Below the pieces are notes generated by a model. That model searched no databases. It was given only the letters and a program-made list of their open reading frames with translations, and was not told where the DNA came from. Of a stretch of 64,000 nt of DNA, positions 58,830-64,000 are shown piece after piece. Position numbers and translations under genes: made by a program. Each line of letters starts with the position of its first letter. Positions within the stretch are counted from its first letter, which is position 1. This DNA is from a bacterium (GTDB taxonomy: Bacteria; Electryoneota; JAOADG01), in contig OY820579.1 of the NCBI GenBank assembly GCA_963681965.1, forward strand, positions 3,648,001-3,712,000, given 5' to 3'.

Positions 58830-59176
58830 GCCGATCATATACAGACATGCGCGATTGCTACTACTAAAGACACCTCTGGACTACCGATAACCTGCGAACT
58901 TACTCTACCGACGATAAAACGGCTTTACTCGGTGTTTTATTTCGTCGATATAACAATAGTACATAAAATTAACGCGGAATTTAGGATTTCGATTTCGAAA
59001 GATATTGTCGAAATCCAATTGCTCTTGTTCGAATCGCGACCGATTCTTCTATCTTTCACCTGATCGTTTCGACTTATTGTAGGAAAGCTGCTCATCAGGA
59101 ATCGCGCAGCATACTCCCTGAAGCTGTTTGCGATCAATGCGAATTCTTGAACTACCAAGAAGGGTTCGGATTACCG

Positions 59177-62100
59177 ATGTACGATCTTTCGCTCATCCAC
59201 AATCAAGTAGACTATTTTGGTTTTTTAGTCGGAGTGTCGTTTTTTCTCTCCGCTTCGATCGCTTACGGCTTAATGCGCATCAAGTATTCGGTGATGGATT
59301 GTCGCTTCCTCCCGTTCTATTTTTTGGGAAGCGCGTTCTATTTCTGGATCGACATCGGGAATAAATTCATCTCGTCCGAAACTGTTCAGACGCTTTAGTT
59401 ATATCTTCTTGTCATCAATACGATCTCAATTCTGGAATTCATATTCGCCAATAGCTGGCAACTCTTCCGCAAGCGATTTCGATTCCGCACTTACTTAGTG
59501 ATTCTGCTTTCTGCCCTTACCGTCGGTATCGGCATCCAGTTCAAACTAGCGACCGAATTACTGAAATTCGTGCTAATGATCATCGGTATCTGCTGGATTG
59601 GATATTTCCGATTTCGATTGGCAAAATTAGAACAGAAGCAAGTAAATCCGATTGTTACGATTCTCACCCTGATCTTCACAATCAACATCCTCATGTTGCT
59701 TGATCCAATGTTGCACGATAAGGCAATCGTCAATTTATTGGGTACTTATTATCTCTCGATCCACAATGTTATTTACTATCTGGCGGTATTGGCGATCAGT
59801 ACGACATTAATGTACCGGATCATCCGCTATCGTGTCATTTTGCAAATACAGACCTTCGTCAAGAGTACCTATCGCGATCAATTGAAGTCGGAATATTTGT
59901 TAATTCTGTCGATTGCGGCGATCGTGCTGATCGGTTGGGTCATTCTGTCGAATATCTCGGAATCTGCAGATTCCGAAAATAAAGCAGTCATGCTGGCGCG
60001 CACGAATGCGATCGCAACCAGTATCGATCCTGACCGACTAGCGACCCTGCAAGGCTCCGAAGCCGACACAACCAACGAATTCCGAAAACAATTGTCAATC
60101 ATTCTGACGTCGTTGTGCAATTCGCAAAAAAATACCCGCTATTTCTATATCCTGGGATGTCGCGATACTTCCGTATTCTTCTACGTCGATGCCGAACCAG
60201 TTGCCGTGAAAGGGGTACTTGGCGAACTTGCTCGACCGGGTGAATATTATCCCGAAGCAACACCGGAACTGAAATCGGCATTCAAAACCGGGAAATCGTT
60301 TGTCGAAGGTCCCGTCCGTGATCATTGGGGTATCTGGATCAGTGCGCTTTCGCCGATCCTCGATCAAAAATCAAACCGGGTCATTGCCATTCTCGGTCAA
60401 GATGTCGATGCCAAAGAGTGGCAATCCTACTTGCAGCACCTTCGGTTTACAATTATCGTCGTCATCCTCCTAATTGTGATTCTAATTATCGTATTTTTCG
60501 AAGTACTACATTATAATCGCAACTTGACTCGAATGATTGCTTCGTCGGAACGACGGTATCGCACACTGGTCGAGGGATCGAACCATTGCATTGCCCTACT
60601 GAACACCGACGCCATTATTCTCTCGATCAATCAAACCGGCTTGAAAGTCTTCGGTACTAATCACGACGATGCGATTGGAACCGCGTTTCCGAATTTGTGG
60701 AAGGATCCCGATCGAAGAAATATCGAGGACGCAATCGTCGATGTTTGCAAAGGATCCAGCGTCTCCTGTCAAGCGGAATTCGTCGGAGAAAACATACCTT
60801 CAACGATTTGGGATATCCAGTTCAATCCAGTCATCGAAGAATCGGGATCGATCGAATTAATTGTGGTGATGGCTACTGAAATTACCCAGCAGAAACAAGC
60901 CGAAAATGCGTTAAGAATCGCCGAGAAAAAATACCGGAACATCTTCGAATTTTCCAATGAAGGCATTTTTCAATCGACACTGGAAGGGAAAATAATCACC
61001 GTAAATCCGGCTTTCGCACGGATCTTCGGATTTGAATCTCCGGAACAATTGATTGCTAATATCGAGTCGATGGCTGAATTGTATGTCAATCCGGAACAAC
61101 GCACCGAAATCGTTCGCGAAATCTTCACTTCACGTCACCTCGACAATTTACCGATCGAGATCGTTCGCACGTCCGGTGAACACCGCTGGGTTTCGTTGAA
61201 TGCGCATGGTGTCTTCAATTCATCGACCGAAGTAGAGTATATCGAGGGTTCGATCAGCGATATCACCGAGCGAGTGAATATCGAACAAATCTTGATCGAT
61301 AGCGAGAAAAAGTATCGCAGCATCCTTGAGAATATCCGCGATGTCTACTTCCGTACCGACATGAATAAGATTTTGGTGATGGTAAGCAAATCGGCGGGAT
61401 TGCTGTTTGGTGTCGACTGCATCGATCCCGACAAGCAGGTCAGCATCAGTCAATTCATTGCCAATCCCGAATATCTCGATCAAGCATTGGAAATTCTTCA
61501 TCAAGTCGGCGTACTCGACGATTACCAAATCGATGTCGTCACCAAAGACGGTAAAGTCGTTCCCAGTTCCGTCAGTTGCCATTATGTATTGGATGAGAAG
61601 GGCGAACGCATCGGCGTCGAAGGAATCATGCGCGATATCTCGGAACGAATTCGCTCCGAAGAGCAACTCCGACTCAGTGAAAAACGCTTCCGCGATATGG
61701 CGGAATTATTGCCGCAAATCATCTTCGAATTCAATCGCGACGGGTATATAACTTACACCAATCGTGCCGGTCACAAAGTGCTCGGTTATTCCGACGAAGA
61801 GATCGGCACCGGCATCCAGATCGGTGCCGTCATCGCTCCGGACTCGCGCGAGCGGGCGACTGCCAATATTCGTAAGATGGCAGGCAATCCCGGTTTCATC
61901 CCCGAAGGCAACGAGTACAATATTCTTCATCGCGACGGTACACTGGTCCCGATGATTTCTTATTCCGTTCCAATTATGGAGAACGGCGTCTTCAGCGGTG
62001 TTCGCGGAATTCTGGTCGACATTACCGAATTGAAGGAAGCCGAGCAGGCATTGCGAAAGAGTGAGGAACTGTACCGGGCGCTGATCGAAACATCGCCCGA

Positions 62101-64000
62101 TGCCATCGCGATGCTCGATTCTACCGGGAATATTCAATTTGTCAATCAGCGCATGCAATCGATATTCGGTGCGAAGCAAGTGACCGATCTGATCGGTTTA
62201 AATTTATCCGAATTGATTTCCAGCAGCGAATTCAATCGCGGAAATATACTTATTTCTTCGCTGGTCGATCACCACGGTATCGATAAAATCAATCTTGAAT
62301 TCAAACGACTCGACAATTCGATTTTCATCGGTGAAATCTTTATTTCGATCGTACACGATCAACAGAGCAATCTCAAATCGAAAATGACCGTAATCCGCGA
62401 TATCACCCAGCGCATCCAAGCCGAAGAAGCCATCCGCGAGAGTGAAAAGAAATATCGCGAACTAACCGATACGTTGTCGGAGATCGTATTTTAAGTCGAT
62501 CTTTCCCATAAATTCACGTTCCTGAACCGAACTGCATTCGAGAAAACCGGTTACACGCCCGATGACATGCTCGCCGGTATTACATTCAATCAGGTATTGC
62601 TTCCCGATGAGGCTGTGATTGCACAAATCGACTTCCTCAAATTGCAGATGGGCGACAAATTGCCCGGTCGTGAATTTACCATTCTCCGCAAGGACAATTC
62701 CACCTTCCCGGCGATGGTGTTCTCGCAACCAGTGTTCCGCGACGGAAAAATGGTGGCGTTGCGCGGTATCATCGTCGATGTAACCGAACAAAAACGCATC
62801 GAAGAGATGAAAGTCGCGAAAGAGACCGCCGAGATCGCCAGTCGATCGAAGAGCTATTTCCTTGCACACATGAGCCACGAAATTCGGACTCCACTCAATG
62901 CCGTTATCGGTACCGCCGAAATTCTTGCCGATACCAATCTCGATTTGCGACAGCGAAGTATGGTCGATACCATTACCCGGGAATCCGACGCACTGCTCGA
63001 AATGATCAGTGAAATCCTCGACTTCTCGAAAATCGAAGCGGGAAAATTTGAACTGGAATTCGTCCAATTCGATTGCCGAAAGCTTGTCGATAATGTCGCC
63101 AAATCGCTCGGTTTCAAAGCCCAACAAAGAGGGCTCGAACTCATCGCCTACTGCGATCGGAATATCGACCATCAATTAATCGGCGATCAGACGCGAATTA
63201 GACAAATTCTGGTGAATCTGGTTGGCAATGCAATCAAATTTACAACGAGTGGTGAAATTTACGTTCAAGCCGAATTGATTAGTGGACAGATGGAATTGGC
63301 TCTCATCCGCTTCTCTGTCTCCGATACCGGCATCGGCATCCCAACCGAAAAGCTGGATAAAATCTTCGAAAGCTTTACCCAAGTCGATGCATCGACTACC
63401 CGAAAATACGGCGGTACCGGACTTGGCACGACGATCTCGAAACGTCTGGTCGAATTGATGGGTGGACGCATCGGTGTCGATAGCGTCATCGATGTCGGCA
63501 GCACATTCTGGTTTGAATTGTCGCTCGACACCGGGAAAGCGATCGAACAATCGAAAATCGGTGCCTTGGAAAACATTGCTGCGACGGTATTGACGCTGAA
63601 TCGCACATTATCGCATACCATAGAACGATATTTGCAACTGTTGGGAACCGCATCGCCAATTAGAATCGATACCATCACCGATTTTTCGACAATCGCAGCG
63701 ACTTGTCGCGACCAACATATTCACCTATTGATCATCGATTACGATTATCGGCTGGCTTCCGGTGAACTGTTCTGCGATCGGCTCAACGATTCCGAGATAT
63801 CCGATTTATCGATCATTGTATTGCACCCACTGATTGTAAAGTCTAACTTTGCAGCGGCACTTCCGGAAAATGTCCGAGCATTGGCAAAACCGGTAACAAT
63901 CAGTGAATTGGCGACTTCATTACGAATCTTTTTCGATCGTAAGTTTCAACTTGCGGAAGTTGTTGCAGTCGAACCTGACGATTCATCGATCACTTCACTT
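59177..64000 (+). pseudogene. Membrane-bound multi-PAS hybrid histidine kinase interrupted by two in-frame stops (runs off the window edge)
   Basis: One reading frame from 59177 to the window end, with TAG at 59396-59398 and TAA at 62492-62494. The downstream part encodes SKSYFLAHMSHEIRTPLN, NLVGNAIKFT, DTGIGI and GGTGLG. Confidence 0.8.

Noticed and set aside
59396-59398. TAG recoding (pyrrolysine or alternative genetic code)
   Set aside because: TAG is a genuine stop elsewhere, for example after the terminal Phe of the Omp85 gene at 16774. The same kinase gene also has an internal TAA, so nonsense mutation is the simpler explanation.

Overview
This is a gene-dense chromosomal window from a Gram-negative bacterium. 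It is probably an FCB-group or related candidate-phylum lineage, inferred from several secreted proteins ending in NYPNPFN-type C-terminal sorting domains. From left to right it contains: the start of the dcw cluster (mraZ-rsmH-ftsL-ftsI-murE); a DUF4139/lipoprotein/S8-protease operon; two LVIVD-repeat secreted proteins; a four-gene outer-membrane cluster (two Omp85-type barrels plus a giant barrel with SprA-like motifs); glgA; a GAF-GGDEF cyclase; and a tightly coupled four-gene uncharacterised membrane operon that looks pseudo-symmetric (A-B-A'-B'). It continues with folD and glycosyltransferases; a B12-dependent acyl-CoA mutase locus with isobutyryl-CoA-mutase-type residues; an M6 protease; bcp; a degenerate-PIN/DegT fusion opposite an orphan HEPN gene; a MarR/zinc-ribbon pair with a possible C-terminal selenocysteine; and a hybrid kinase broken by two nonsense codons. 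Intergenic regions are packed with mosaic arrays of diverse REP-like hairpins. I saw no rRNA, tRNA, CRISPR array or transposase. All family assignments are by visual motif recognition; no searches were run.
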